A DNA stretch of 64,000 nt from Sphyrna mokarran (taxonomy: Eukaryota): the NCBI GenBank assembly GCA_024679065.1, contig JAGIQG010000028.1, forward strand, positions 992,001 to 1,056,000, given 5' to 3'. The notes under the pieces were generated by a model. The model was not told the origin of the DNA. It did no database searches and saw only the letters and a list, made by a program, of their open reading frames with translations. Every line of letters starts with the position of its first letter. Position 1 is the first letter of the stretch. Positions 35,122 to 48,170 of the stretch are shown here, piece by piece. The translations under genes were made by a program, and so were the position numbers.

Positions 35122-36697
35122 GGATGTGTTAGACCTGTTAAATGCTATCAAGGTAGACAAGTCGCCGGGACCGGATGGGATGTACCCCAGGTTATTGTGG
35201 GAGGTGAGGGAAGTGGTTGCAGAGCCCCTGGCGATGATCTTTGCGTCATCCATGGAAACGGGAGAGGTTCTGGAGGATTGGGGGATTGTGGATGTGGTTC
35301 CTATCTTTAAGAAAGGGAACAGGGATAGTCCAGGAAATTACCGACTGGTGAGTCTGACTTCAGTGGTTGGTAAGCTGATGGAGAGGCTTCTGGGGGATAA
35401 GATTTATGAATATTTGGAGAAGTTTGGACTGATTAGAAATAGTCAGCATGGTTTTGTCAAGGGCAGGTCATGCCTTACGAGCCTAGTTGAGTTATTCGAA
35501 AATGTGACTGAACACATTGACGAAGGAAGAGCGGTGGACATAGTGTATATGGATTTTAGTAAGGCATTTGATAAGGTCCCCCATGCAAGGCTTCTTGGGA
35601 AGGTGAGAAGGCATGGGATCCAAGGGGCTTTGGCCTCGTGGATCCAGAACTGGCTTGCCCGCAGAAGGCAGAGAGTGGTTGTGGATGGGTCTTGTTCTGC
35701 ATGGAGGTCGGTAACCAGTGGATTGCCCCAGGGATCTGTTCTGGGACCCCTGCTGTTTGTCATTTTCATAAATGACCTGGATGAGGAAGTGGAGGGATGG
35801 GTTAGTAAGTTCGCCAACGTTACAAAGGTCGGTTGTGTTGTGGATGGTCTGGAGGGATGTGAAAAGTTGTAGCGGGACATAGACAGGGTGCAAGACTGGG
35901 TGGAGAAGTGGCAGATAGACTTCAACATGGATAAATGTGTAGTGGTCCATTTTGGCAGGAATAATGGGCTGAAGGAGTACAATTAAGGGGTAGCTGTGTT
36001 GTAGAGCAGAAGGATCTCTGGGTCTGGGTCCATAGGACTCTTAAATCAGCCTCGCAGGTGGAGGAAGTGGTCAAGAAGGTGTACGGTGTACTGGCCTTCA
36101 TTAATCGAGGAATAAAGTTTAGGAGTCAGGGGTTAATGATGCAGCTCTATAAGACTCTTGTCAGACCCCAGTTGGAGTATTGTGCGCAGTTCTGGTCGCC
36201 TCATTATAGGAAGGATGTAGAGGCTATTGAGAGAGTGCAGAGGAGATTTACAAGGATGCTGCCTGGATTGGGAGGCAGGCCTTATGAAGATAGGTTGAGG
36301 GAGCTGGGACTCTTCTCACTGGAGAGACGTAGGTTGAGAGGCGACCTGATAGAGGTTTATAAAATGTTGAGAGGAATAGATAGGGTGGACTCTCAGAGAC
36401 TATTTCCCCGAGCTGAAATGGTCACTACGAGAGGACACAGATTTAAGGTGCAGGGAAGCAAATACAAAGGAGATGTCAGGGGTAGGTTTTTCACTCAGAG
36501 GGTGGTGAGTGAATGGAACCGACTGCCGTCGGAGGTTGTTGAGGCAAACTCACTGGGGTCTTTTAAGAGACTTCTGGATGAGTACATGGAAAAGAATAGG
36601 ATAGGGGGTTATAGATAGGTCTGTGGATTGGTAGATGTGATCGGCGCAACTCGTGGGCCAAAGGGCCTGTTTGTGCTGTATTATTCTATGTTCTATT
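35122..36697 (+). mobile_element. Young 5'-truncated CR1/HER1-like LINE (subfamily C), ORF2 broken
   Basis: [42 protein letters not shown]; FADD mutated to FANV; stop at 35870; ttctatg tail. Confidence 0.97.
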
Positions 36698-37417
36698 AGT
36701 TTTAACTGTGTAAGTATAACCTTGTGTGTTTAAGTTTTCTTTTCCTTTGTTAATAAGGGTATTAATTAAATATTTAAAATCTCCAAAGGTGTTATGGGAA
36801 TTTATGGCTCCTAACTTCAGAATATACCATTTCTCATGGTAAAATACAAAAAGAAAATAGTGGTGTTTGCTTGTCAAGTTTCACTTTTTCAGATTTACCT
36901 GGATAACGCTCACCACTTGCTGGGGAATAACAGCTAGAATTCTGTTCCATTTACTGAGACAATGGGAGATTCAGGGCCAATGTGGTTAAAACCAGTTCCA
37001 TTCAGAGTTCTGTGCCCTAAGCTCAAGTCTGACTGATGTGAATCCACATATTTCTGCCTGGCTCTCCCTAATGCGCTTGGATTGAGGGGAGAATTGCAGC
37101 CATCAAATAAACAGCACATGATTATCTGGCTCTGTCTAAATTCAGCTGATACTAATTCCAATTAGTGAATCTGTAACCGTTTGGATTATTCAAATTGTGG
37201 TCAAGTCAACTGGAACTAATAAAGAGAAAACTTCTGATCTATTAACTCCCAGAATTGTTAAGAATATGAAGAGAACAACACAAGAGAACAAAAGTAATTT
37301 ATTAAATATAGTTTAGCATCAGAGATTGTGAATTAAATTGTATGGAAGAGTTAGTACTGGCAAATATTGATTGCAGCACAGAGACAACCAAGGCCACTCA
37401 ACCCCTCCAATTTGTAA

Positions 37418-38450
37418 AAACATAGAAAATAGGTGCAGGAATAGGCCATTCGGCCCTTTGAGCCTGCATCACCATTCAATATAGAATGGTTATGATTATG
37501 GCAGATCATGCACTTCCAGTGTCCCACTCCTACTTTCTCTCCAAACCATTTAGTCACAAGAGCCACGCCCAGCTCCCTCCTGGACATATTTAACAAACTG
37601 GCCCCAACAGCTTTCTGAATTTCACAGGTTCACAACTCTCTGAGTGAAGCAATTCTTCCTCATCTCAGTCCTGACTGGCTTACCCCTTATTCTTATACTG
37701 TGACCTCTTGTCCTGGACTTGCAAAAACTCAGGAACATTCTCCCCGTATCCAGCTTATCCAGTCCCATCAGGATTTTATATGTTACTATGAGAACCCCTC
37801 TCAATCTTTTAAATTCCAGTGAGACAAGCCCAGTTGATCCAATCTCTCTTTATATGTTAAATCAGGCCATGGCTGATTTGTGCTCAACTCCACTTAAAAA
37901 CATAAGAACTAGGAGCAGGAGTCGGCCATCCAGCCCATCGAGCCTGCCCCGCCATTCAATAAGATCATGGCTGATCTGAAGTGGATCAGTTCCATTTTCC
38001 TGCCTTCTCTCCATAACCCCATAACTCTCCTTTCTCTATCAGAAATCTATCTACCCGTGACTTAAACATATTCAATGAGGTAGCCTCCACCATTTCAATG
38101 GGCAGAGAATTCCAGAGATTACCACCGTCTGAGAAAAGAAGTTCCTCCTCAGCTCTGTTCTAAACTGCCCCCCCTCTCTTATTTTGACCCCACTTGCCAT
38201 CTTTGAGTCATATCCCTTGCAGTCCCAACCTTTTTGAAAAGCTCCTGAATGCAGTTTTGATATGGCTCCATCTGCTTCTCTGTGTTCACAGCCGGGAGGA
38301 GAATTTTGCATTTCCACAAACTCTGTGTGAAAAAGCTCTCCCTAGTTTCAATTATAAATGTCTAATTTAAACATTCTATCCCTTTGTTCTGGACATCCCT
38401 ACAGAGGAAACCCTACATCCCTACAGAGTTTCTCTCTATACACTGATCAG
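37418..38450 (-). mobile_element. Cluster of CR1 3' ends (37418-37858 and 37899-38180, nested in an older copy)
   Basis: Two separate 'aacata(g)aa..aggagcagga' tails; TRGHS and FTQRVVNL motifs. Confidence 0.85.
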
Positions 38451-38969
38451 TTTACTGAATATATCCAATTCTTTTATACGTATACAAGGTAGATTAAGAT
38501 TTGGTTTAATCTCAGATGATTAAACTTCTGTTTGCTTTTCACATAAATAGCCAGTAGGTTTGTGTTGTTTCTATAAATAGTCAAATAGCCTAAGCTGCTC
38601 ATTTTTGGAATTCTCCAGGGTGTGAATAACATTTAATAAAAAAATCTTTGTCAGCAAGGAGAACTTTTTATCAGTTAAGAATGCTGAATAAGGAGTGAAT
38701 GTTCTCCTTAGTGAGGACATAGCTTCAAATACCACCTGCCACACATGTGGGCACACAGAGAATTATCAGCTATTTCAGAATCCACGGATTAGGGTCGAAG
38801 CAAGTCTTCCTCAGTCATTGGAGATCACCTGGGAAGGAAGAGATAAAGTTGCTAACAATCGAAAATGAACAAGGCAGAGATCAACAATTCCTGATAAATG
38901 ATAAACACCTCCTTCCAGGATGTGCACAACAAGAACCCTCGAACCATCTTCATCTTTTCTTCGCAAAGA

Positions 38970-39165
38970 CAAACAACTATCACTTATATAACGCAATAAA
39001 ACCCCAAGATGCATCACAGAAACATCTTCAAATAAAAAGAGAATGGAAATTGGGTCAAATGATCAAAACTTGATCAGTGATGTTGTTTTTAAGGAATGTT
39101 TTGAAGGGGAGAGCAAGGTGGGAATTTTTAGCAAGAGGAATTCCAGAGTTTAGGCCTTGGCAGTT
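38970..39165 (-). mobile_element. L2-like 3' end
   Basis: 'aacaact..cacttatataacgc', 'tgatcaaaacttgatca', 'gaattccagagtttaggcc'. Confidence 0.6.
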
Positions 39166-39168
39166 TTT

Positions 39169-40460
39169 GGGCTGAATCTTTACAATGCATTTATATTAAT
39201 TTCTATTCCCATGTGCTTCATCCCCGCTCCTATGGCATGTTCCCTCAGATTTGCCCTCGCTGCAATGACTTAACTGCTGCAAGCACAGAGTGGGGTGGGG
39301 GAGTGGTGGGGGGGGGGTGTGAAGGGGTGGAGGAGTGGGGGGGGATTTGAAGGGGTGGGGGTGGATAGGCAGGCAGCTCTGTATAAACTACTCCCCAAAG
39401 CTTGTTCCACAATGAATGCAGGGGACGGCAGGCAAGGCAGCAGCACCACACTTTACAGAGGGAATCCTCACCAGGATGCTGGATGGAGTGGAGCAGAGGT
39501 GAGATACCACAAACTACCCCCGCCCCCCTCCGTCCCACCCCAGTCCCGGAGACAGCCTTTCAGCAGGGTGACCCACCCCTGCCTGGGACGCACTGGCAGC
39601 CTGGTCGGTGCAAACACACTGCAGAACAGGACAGGGCAGCAGTGTTGGAAGAAGATGAATGATCTTCTTTGCTCAGCCAGAATAAGTGAACCACACCCGG
39701 ACTCCCACAGGATCCCCTTGAACACATTACCATCCCTACCTCCTTCACACCTCCTCCCCGTCACATCCCCTCCCCCTCATATCCCCTCCCTTAGCACCTC
39801 CACCCTCCTCACACCACCCCCCACATCCCCTCCCTCCTCACATCCCCAATCCCTTCTCTCACTCAGCTTCCTTGGCCTCTGCTAACTACAGGTCCCCCAC
39901 TCTCTCCCACAATCACCATGTTCCCCCAATACCTGCTAGGCTCCTCACACTCCAGCTTCTCCCAGGCCTGTGATTCTGGGAACCCTTACCCTGCCCTGGG
40001 TTGAACCTATCCATGTCCACCGAGTTCTCTCGGGTGCCTCCTGCACGCTGTCTAACCCCAGCAGCAGCACTGGGAGGTATGGCCACAGTTGCCATGGCAG
40101 CCTGCCGAGAGAACACAGAGATAAACACTCTCCTTATAACAATGTAAATGCCATCGCATGTTGTCGAGGTTGGTCAGGTATACCTTGATCAGAGTGTTGA
40201 AGAATTGTTACTGAGGCAAGGTTGGGCTCTTGCTGAGTTGTGACAGGATGGAAGGTTCATCCCCATGGGGGAAGATAGGGAAGAAACCATTAATGGGTCA
40301 CTTAAATTTTTCAATTGACCCTTTGGGCTGAAGGGTGACCCGACACTTTCCCCTCCACTCTGACAGTGAGAATGTGACTCCATCCTCCGTTCATCTATCC
40401 CTCACCAACTCCCAATGCATTGCACCCATCTCTCCATTTTCTACCCTGCTCCCAGGCATT
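39169..40460 (+). mobile_element. PIF/Harbinger transposon remnant with a Myb/SANT-like ORF
   Basis: Starts with a TIR-like gggctgaatc; ~39430-39681 decodes (with frameshifts) to F.E..L.RMLDGVEQR.D...P and V.ANTLQNRTGQQCWKKMNDLL; right boundary uncertain. Confidence 0.65.
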
Positions 40461-40659
40461 GTGTCTGGCCCAGGGACAGGAACCAAGCTATTGTAACAGA
40501 TGTCCTGTAATATTCATTCAATCACTACATATGATGGCTATTGGAGATAGAATTTATTGTAAATTGGTAATCAGATTCCAATCACATTCTCTGAGAAAGT
40601 ACCAATCACTGTTTGTTTTATCTACATGTCGATAATGTTACCCATGAATGCACCAACAA

Positions 40660-40803
40660 TAACAACAACCTGCATTTATCTAGCACCTTTCACATAATCA
40701 AAGATCCTTGAGGCTTCACAGAGCGTTACAGATCAGAGTCTGTTACCAGATCACATAAGGAAATGTTAGGCCAGGTGACTAAAAGCTTGATCAAAGAGGT
40801 AGT
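40660..40803 (-). mobile_element. L2-like 3' end
   Basis: 'aacaacaacctgcatttatctagcaccttt...caggtgactaaaagcttgatcaaagaggtag'. Confidence 0.7.
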
Positions 40804-42408
40804 TCAGCAAACATGTTGCAGTGAGTAAATTGAGGGCCACAGCATTATCCTATATTAAAATAGCCAAAGCCATATCAGTCCACTGTAATCTGATTCAGAG
40901 AGCAATAATTTTTCACTCAATAAACAGGAACATTCACCAGCTGCCGACTCCTAATAATGTTGAGCTGTGACATAAAATATAGTCCTTCCTAGTGAGTTTA
41001 GATGCAAATATGTAAATGTTTGTGCAGCAAAGCACTGCCCAACACAATTGAGAAGCAGCAGGATGTGTAGAGAATGGACATTATTCATAACAGGAAATGC
41101 ATAGTTTGAGCACGCAAACTTCAATTTTCCTTCATTGTGTGAAAACACTAATTTCACTAATATCTGCAGAATTGAGAGCAAGGGTAATAAAGAGGGATAT
41201 TGGAAAGGTCAATCATCCTGTCTGTAGCCACTCATCCTTTGCAGAGGAAGAAAAGGAGGGAGCTGTGGGAGAATCCTATGGGAATCCATGCGTGACTGGG
41301 TTGTGGGAGATCACAAAGCAATTGCTGGAGGTGGAGTTGTTGTCTTTGAATGTTTCAGATCGGAATCAGACAAGGGGAACATCCCAGAGCTGGAAAATGG
41401 AGTGAATGACATGGTTTACCACAATAAAAATGGGAAGGTTGGTGAAGAGTAAGGAGAAATAGTACATTGTGGCTGCAATACAATAATGCATAGTATTTAG
41501 ATTCTGCCTGTGGGATTTTCAATGTAAACTCTGACAGTAATGTTCCATGTACATCCTGATGTTGGATTATATTTCCAACTATCTCCGTTATGCTTCCTGA
41601 TGAATGGAAGACCTTACAGTTTGATGTACAGTCAATCACTCAAAGTTTCCATCTTAATGAAGAACGTGGAAAAGATTTATATTTTCAGCCTGTGGCCATC
41701 AGTGATATTTATCTTTATGTTGTCACAAAACTAAATGAGTTTTTGGAATCTATTTCGCAGCACTGATACAGATTATCTCTTAGGGGAAAGGGTGTGTAAT
41801 GGAATCAGTTTAACCACTCGCTAGTTGCAGAATATCTTTGCTATTTTTTATGATTCTTACTTAATATTTATGCAAGTACTTTCAGATTTGTGGTTTATGA
41901 TCAACTATTTCAGCTCAAAACTAAAGAAATTGAATGGCAAAGAAATACCTTTTTGATTAAATTTTTTATCACTTTAAATTGCATTTGCATCATGTGAAAA
42001 TCCTCCAACATCCCAAAACCTAAACTTGTAACTGAAAATAAATTTTATTCCATCAGCCATTACTCTGGAAAGCTTGGTTTAATTGGTTCCTTTTAAAACA
42101 TAAAAGTTAATCACTGGGAAAAGGACAGTTTTTTTTTAGATTTCATATTGCCACCAGCAGGGTGATTAAAATAAAGGCAAGGAACCAGTTCATCCCCCAC
42201 TCCGCTGACCTGGGCAAAATGACCTGGGACTTTTCCAGTTGGATAGTAACAAATTGAGGGATGTAGCTCAGATTTAAAATCCACGGAGTCTCACATGGAG
42301 ACTATCATAACATTTGACAGCACGATGTCTCTGTGGATGATCCATTTCCTGGTTTAAGTTAATCCCTTGAAGTTGCCAGCCTTTAAACACTACTTGTACT
42401 CCACCTTT

Positions 42409-42556
42409 CATAGAACCATCTAACCATAGAAAGGTTACAGCACAGAAGGAAGCCATTTGGCCCATCTTGTCCATGCCAGCCCGAGGACATCCAGGTACCC
42501 TTTCTAATCCCACCTTCTTGTACCTGGCCCATAGTCCTGTAGTTTACAGCACTTCC
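42409..42556 (-). mobile_element. CR1 3' tail
   Basis: 'catagaa..ttacagcacagaaggaagccatttggcccatc'. Confidence 0.75.
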
Positions 42557-42625
42557 TTTTTCACTAAGAAACCTCAATCTATGGGGCAGAGAATCTTCAA
42601 TGGATAAAAGGTGCATGATCTATGA

Positions 42626-43650
42626 TGTGATTGCACTGGACAGGGATGCAGAGGAGATTCAGCAGGATGCTACCTGGGATGGAACATATAACATAGAACA
42701 TAGAACAATACAGTACAAATAGGCCCTTCGGCCCATTGGTTGCGCCGATCACATCTATATCTACCAATCCACAGACCTATCTATAACCCCCTATCCCATT
42801 TGTTTCCATATACTCATCCAGAAGTCTTTTAAAAGACCTCAGCGAGTTTGCCTCAACCACCTCCGACGGCAGCCGATTCCATTCACTCACCATCCTCTGA
42901 GTGAAAAACTTACCCCTAACATCCCCTCTGTACTTGCTTCCCTGCACCTTAAATCTGTGTCCCCTCGTAGTGACCATTTCAGCTCGGGGAAAATAGTCTC
43001 TGAGAGTCCACCCTATCTATTCCTCTCAACATTTTATAAACCTCTATCAGGTTGCCTCTCAACCTATGTCTCTCCAGTGAGAAGAGTCCCAGCTTCCTCA
43101 ACCTATCTTCATAAGGCCTGCCTCCCAATCCAGGCAGCATCCTTGTAAATCTCCTCTGCACTCTCTCAATAGCCTCTACATCCTTCCTATGGTGAAGCGA
43201 TGAACATGTAAGTTATGAAGAGGGATTGGATAGACTTGAGTTGTTTATTCTGGAGAAGAGAAGACCGAGGGGGAAACCTGATCGAGGTGACCAAGATTAT
43301 GAGGGTCGTGAACATTGTGGATAAGAGCAGCTGTTCCCCTAAGGGTCAGTTATGAGGGGTCACAAATTAAAAGTGAGGGGTGGGAGGTTTAGGGGGATTT
43401 GAGGAAAGTTGTTTTTTATCAGAGGATGATGATAGTCTGGAATGCGCTGCCTGGGAGGGGGGGTGGAGGCGGGACACCTCACGTCCTTTAAAAAATACCT
43501 AGGTGAGCATTTGGCACATCATCACATTCAGGGCCATGGACCAAGTGGTGGCAAGAGGGATTGGTGGGCAGTTCGGGGCCTTTCATGCATTAGTTCAGCC
43601 TCAATGGGCCAAATGGCCTCTTCTGCACTGTAGTAATCTGTGATTCTGAG
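42626..43650 (+). mobile_element. Older CR1 3' fragment hosting a younger antisense CR1
   Basis: QRRFSRMLPGME continues as SYEE.L..L.LF.LEKRR.RG after the insert. Confidence 0.88.
42692..43201 (-). mobile_element. Young CR1 3' end (subfamily C)
   Basis: Nearly identical to ~36195-36697; TSD gaacatataa (42682-42691) / gaacatgtaa (43202-43211). Confidence 0.95.
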
Positions 43651-44034
43651 ATGAATCAAGAATTAAAGAACTTGCATAGAATCTTTAATGTACTCTGAAT
43701 ATTTTCAAATATTAATGAAGTATTTCTGAATTGTGAATATTATTGTGGACAAAATTCAGCAGCTGAAATGTCCAATAAAAAGTGAGGAGAAAAACAATCT
43801 GATATTTGGGAATATGTTCAACTTATTGTCCAAGAACCAAGAATGTAGATTGTGCAGCCGTTATTAAACACACCCAATTCTGACATTATTGAGGACTGGT
43901 GCCAATTGTGGCTAAAGTTTATTTTCAGAAAACCAAAGGTCGCAGCAGGTAGGAAAGAGTTTTGAAGTATTGCACAAGTTAAAAAGTAACATGGTTTTGA
44001 GGTCTTGAAATTGGGATTAGCATTTATCCAGTTT

Positions 44035-44310
44035 CTTGCAAACCTCATGATGTTTCAGAATGTTTTATAGTTTATGAAATATTTCTGAAGGATAGTTTCT
44101 GTTGTAATGCAGGTAACACAGTTACTGATTTTCACACAGCAAACTTCCACCAGCTGCAACCTGGTAAGGACCAAATAATCTGATTTAATGATGTTTAGTG
44201 ATTGGCCAGGACACTGTGGAGAATCTCTTTGCTCTTTTTTGGAATAGCGTTCTGGGAGAGTAGATGGCACCTTGTTTGGATGTGCTATTCAATAGTGGCA
44301 CCTTTAACAG
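44035..44310 (-). mobile_element. Deu-SINE (SacSINE1-like)
   Basis: 'ttggccaggacac..ggagaa.ctc..tgctctt..ttggaatag', 'accaaataatctg', 'cacagcaaa'. Confidence 0.75.
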
Positions 44311-44857
44311 AAAGAATATGTGGAGTAACATGAGGAGGCAGGTCAGATTTGAAAAATTATCATTTTGGTAAAATAAATAAAGATTTTAAGGATTTGCAGG
44401 CAAGAAAGGTAAACCTGAGGGACAAATTATAACAGAAAACCTTTCACCTGCTGCCCAGAAGTATGAGAGGGACCCACAATATCTGATTTTAATTTACATT
44501 TTTACTCAGATGTTTTATTCATGTTTGTAATTTATCACTATTCCATTTCAACGACAGAGATTTAACCAACAGTTGATGTTTTATCCATATAACCTAAGCT
44601 TGAATGAGCAGAGATTTGATTGCTTCCTTGAAACATGCATCTTGTCTGTTATCATTTCAAATTCATATCTCATAAGTTGTGTCTAAGGAGTTGGTTTTGT
44701 TGTTTTGCATCAGTTTTGGTGTCAAGAGGAGCTGTCAGTGCAGACATCATCTATCAGCGCCTTCCAGGAATTTCAATCTCACTCCACACAGCAGGATTAA
44801 CTCAAATGGAATTATTCCAATACAAATAATGTAAAACTGATATTGTGGGAATTCTAC

Positions 44858-45036
44858 AGTAGTCCAAAGATGTGTAAGTTAGATGGATTAGCCATGCTAA
44901 ATTGCCCCTTAGTGTCAGGGGGAATAGTTAGATAAATACATGAGGTTATGGGGATAAGGCCTGAGTGGGATTGTGGTTGGAGCAGACTCAATGGGCTAAA
45001 CAGCATCTTCCTGAGCTATAGGATTCTGTGATTCTA
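44858..45036 (+). mobile_element. HE1 SINE 3' half
   Basis: 'gtccaaagatgtg..gccatgctaaattgccccttagtgtc...gattctgtgattcta'. Confidence 0.85.
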
Positions 45037-45106
45037 TCCAGCAATTAAAACAACAAAGCAAAAAGAATCAGAGAAGTTACTGAGTTCTTTTTGTAAGAAA
45101 CATTAT

Positions 45107-45328
45107 GGCTGGAATTCTCCGGCCATTCTCACTGGTGGGATTTTCCAATCCTGCTGGCAGCACACATCTGTCCCTGGGTTTTTCATGGTCTGAAGTGACA
45201 TCAATGAGAATTTCCATTGACAGCAGCAGCACCAGAAAATCCCACCATGAACACCACCTTCCACTGGCAGGAAACACAAGGCTGGGGGAGGGGGGGAGGT
45301 GGTGGTGAGGGTGTGGAGAATTGTGTTC
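45107..45328. mobile_element. Harbinger-type MITE with internal inverted repeats
   Basis: TIRs ggctggaattctcc / ggagaatt; internal ggtgggattttc / gaaaatcccacc around tcaatg..cattga. Confidence 0.65.
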
Positions 45329-45839
45329 TGTATCCTTTCTCTGATTCAGTATCTTGGAACAGAATCTTTCACTCCCACTAGGAGTGGGAATTGTGGCAGG
45401 TGAGAAAACTTATTTGGCGTGAGGTCCATTTCCCAAAACTAGGATGAACTGTCGGAATTTTGTTCGTGAGTTAAAGGTGAGCCAATCTTCCAATGAACAA
45501 GGTCAGGAAGCAGTTTTGCATGAATCAGCATCTCATGCAAGATCATTAAAAGGGCATCCTTCAAAAATAAAGTTCCCCACAGGTGAGAATTTAGAATGTT
45601 CAGGTTTACCACAGTATGTAAGTGACGTGGGCCTAGCACACTTCCTACCGACCAAGTCTCTGAGTTTGGTTAACATATTGTTGGGGAATTTGCATCACCT
45701 CACTTATATTGACAGCTGGTAGCAAAATCTACACCAAGGCTGGGCATGGCAGGAATGATTAGCAATGAAGGGGAAAGGGTGGAGTGAAGGCAAGACTTGA
45801 CAGAGAGGACTAATGTAAGTCAGTTCAAGTAACTACTGC

Positions 45840-46003
45840 CAATCAATACTGTTAACCATTGTAAATTGATATTGTTAACTATTGCAAATAAATTAGTTAA
45901 TTGTTGTAAACAAATACTGTTAACTATTGTAAACTGTTCATGACTTTTAACTCCTATACATCAATACTGTGAACTATGTAAATCAATAATACTGTCTACT
46001 GTC
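45840..46003 (+). repeat. Degenerate 23-bp minisatellite, about 6 copies
   Basis: Unit ~caatactgttaactattgtaaat. Confidence 0.8.
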
Positions 46004-47441
46004 AGGTAGCTTGGCAATTACAAGTTGAGAACATGGGTGGAAATGACTATATGTGATGTATGATGGATTATATACGATGGATTAGCTGAATAAAAATCTC
46101 TATCATTAAAATTTGTACAGAGATTACCTCAAATCAAATACATTTATTGCACATGAGATTCATAAGACTTGATAATTTACAAGGGCATTCTCAACATAAT
46201 TCATGGACAGTGAGATTGAAAACAATGCTGTTTAAGAAATTGAAGTTACATTAAGTTGTATTTTTTAGTAGAGTTGGAATAAGAATCAAAGATGTTTAAA
46301 ATCATGAAGAGAGAGATTGGAAATCCTTTTCAATTTTGAGGGATCGAAATGAAAGGGTCAATGATATAAGATTAAATTAAAATATTTAGGTCACAGTCCA
46401 GGTGAAATTACTACAGATTTGTAACAAGAAGATTTTCACTGCATTTTCATTTGTGAAACTGTTAAAAATGGAAAACATGTATTGAGATTTAATATAACGG
46501 AAATTAGAAAACTCAATTTTTAAGGATTTGTTGATTATCTTTCGATAATTTTCTCTAAATGATTCCACAAGTGATAATAGTTCTAATGCTGTCAGATTGC
46601 ACTGTTCACACACATGATGTCATGGGAAAAATATGAGACAACAACAAAATATAAAGCAACTTGTTGCATTTTGTACAACTCGGTGCCTTACATCCCAGTG
46701 AGCAATGTTGTAAATTCTCATATCAGTTTAGTGTGATGATTTTGTACCATGTTGTCTGTTGTACATTGTAACATTAACATTATCCACCTCACTTTACAAT
46801 GTCAACAGTCACGACTTGGTCAATAATTTCCTTAGTGGGACATGTTTCTGAAGTCTCTTTTGCAACTCAGCTCCAACTTGTACATTAATATCTAACCATC
46901 AACTATTGTCATTGCCAAGAGCAACTGGCCAGTAAGAAATAAATCACGTAATGTTTATATTATGCAAAAGTATGAACATTAATCTTGATAACACTGACAA
47001 TATTGAATTCATAAAATATGAAGCAAGATTTACTAACCTTGACAATTCAATTAAAATCAATAGGAGGAGACATAGCCATTCACTCTGTATTACAGTTAAT
47101 TATAATTTATATAATATATCCAAGCAGGTGAAAAGGATTGTCCCTCCAATAATCTTAGTAACAAATTGTTGCTCTTTTTTAAAATTTGTTATTCCAAATT
47201 TCCCAAAAAGTCTTGCTGTTCTGAACTAAAGATAGAAGATGTTATACAATTTGGAGCTCCTGAGAGTTTGAATATTTAAAACAATAAAGGCTGAAACTAT
47301 GCTAGATTGTAGTGTAATCTGGTTAACTCTTAAGAACATAAGAAATAGGAGCAGGAATAGGCCATCCAGCCCCTCGAGCCTGCCCCGCCATTCAATAAGA
47401 TCACGGCTGATCTGAAGTGGATCAGTTCCACTTTCCCGCTT

Positions 47442-48006
47442 TAGAACATAGAACATAGAACATTACAGCACAGAACAGGCCCTTCGGCCTTCGATGTTGT
47501 GCCGACCAAAATAAAAAGCAATGCCCCTCCAAACTAAACCATTCCCTTCTCTTCCATATACTTATCAACTAACCTCGTAAACGCCACCAAACTTGGCGCA
47601 TCTACAACTGCTGCAGGCAGGGCATTCCACTCCCGAACCACCCTTTGGGTAAAGAACCTACCTCTGATATCCGTCCTATAACTATCACCCCTTAAATTAA
47701 AGCTGTGTCCCCTCGTGCTAGCTTTCTCCATCCTAGGAAAAAGGCTATCACTGTCCACCCTATCTAAACCTCTAATCATCTTAGATGTTTCGATCAGGTC
47801 CCCTCTTAGCCTCCTCCTTTCTAACGAAAACAACCTCAAATCCCTCAGCCTCTCCTCATAAGACCTGCCCTCCATACCAGGCAACATCCTGGGAAACCTC
47901 CTCTGTACCCTCTCCAATGCCTCCACATCTTTCTTATAATGCGGGGACCAGAACTGCACACAATACTCCAAGTGCGGCCGCACTAGAGTTTTGTACAGTT
48001 GCAAAA
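47442..48006 (-). mobile_element. Young CR1 3' end (subfamily B)
   Basis: Nearly identical to 53876-54436; (catagaa)n tail. Confidence 0.95.
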
Positions 48007-48170
48007 CTTTCTCCCCATAACCCTTAATTCCCTTCTCTATCAGAAATCTATCTACCCGTGACTTAAACATATTCAGTGAGGTAGCCTCCACCACTTCAAT
48101 GGGCAGAGAATTCCAGAGACTCACCACCCTTTGAGTGAAGAAGTTTCTCCTCAACTCCATTCTAAACATT

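Noticed and set aside
35051-35872. 273-aa ORF as a host gene or domesticated RT
   Set aside because: Flank read-through into a truncated CR1; catalytic FADD is mutated and there is a premature stop
35443-35982. Antisense ORFs repeated at 35443/48427 and 35492/48734
   Set aside because: They recur only because they lie opposite near-identical CR1 RT copies
42151-42168. CTCF-like site ccaccagcagggtg
   Set aside because: Lacks the GGC(G/A)C 3' half; too weak a match
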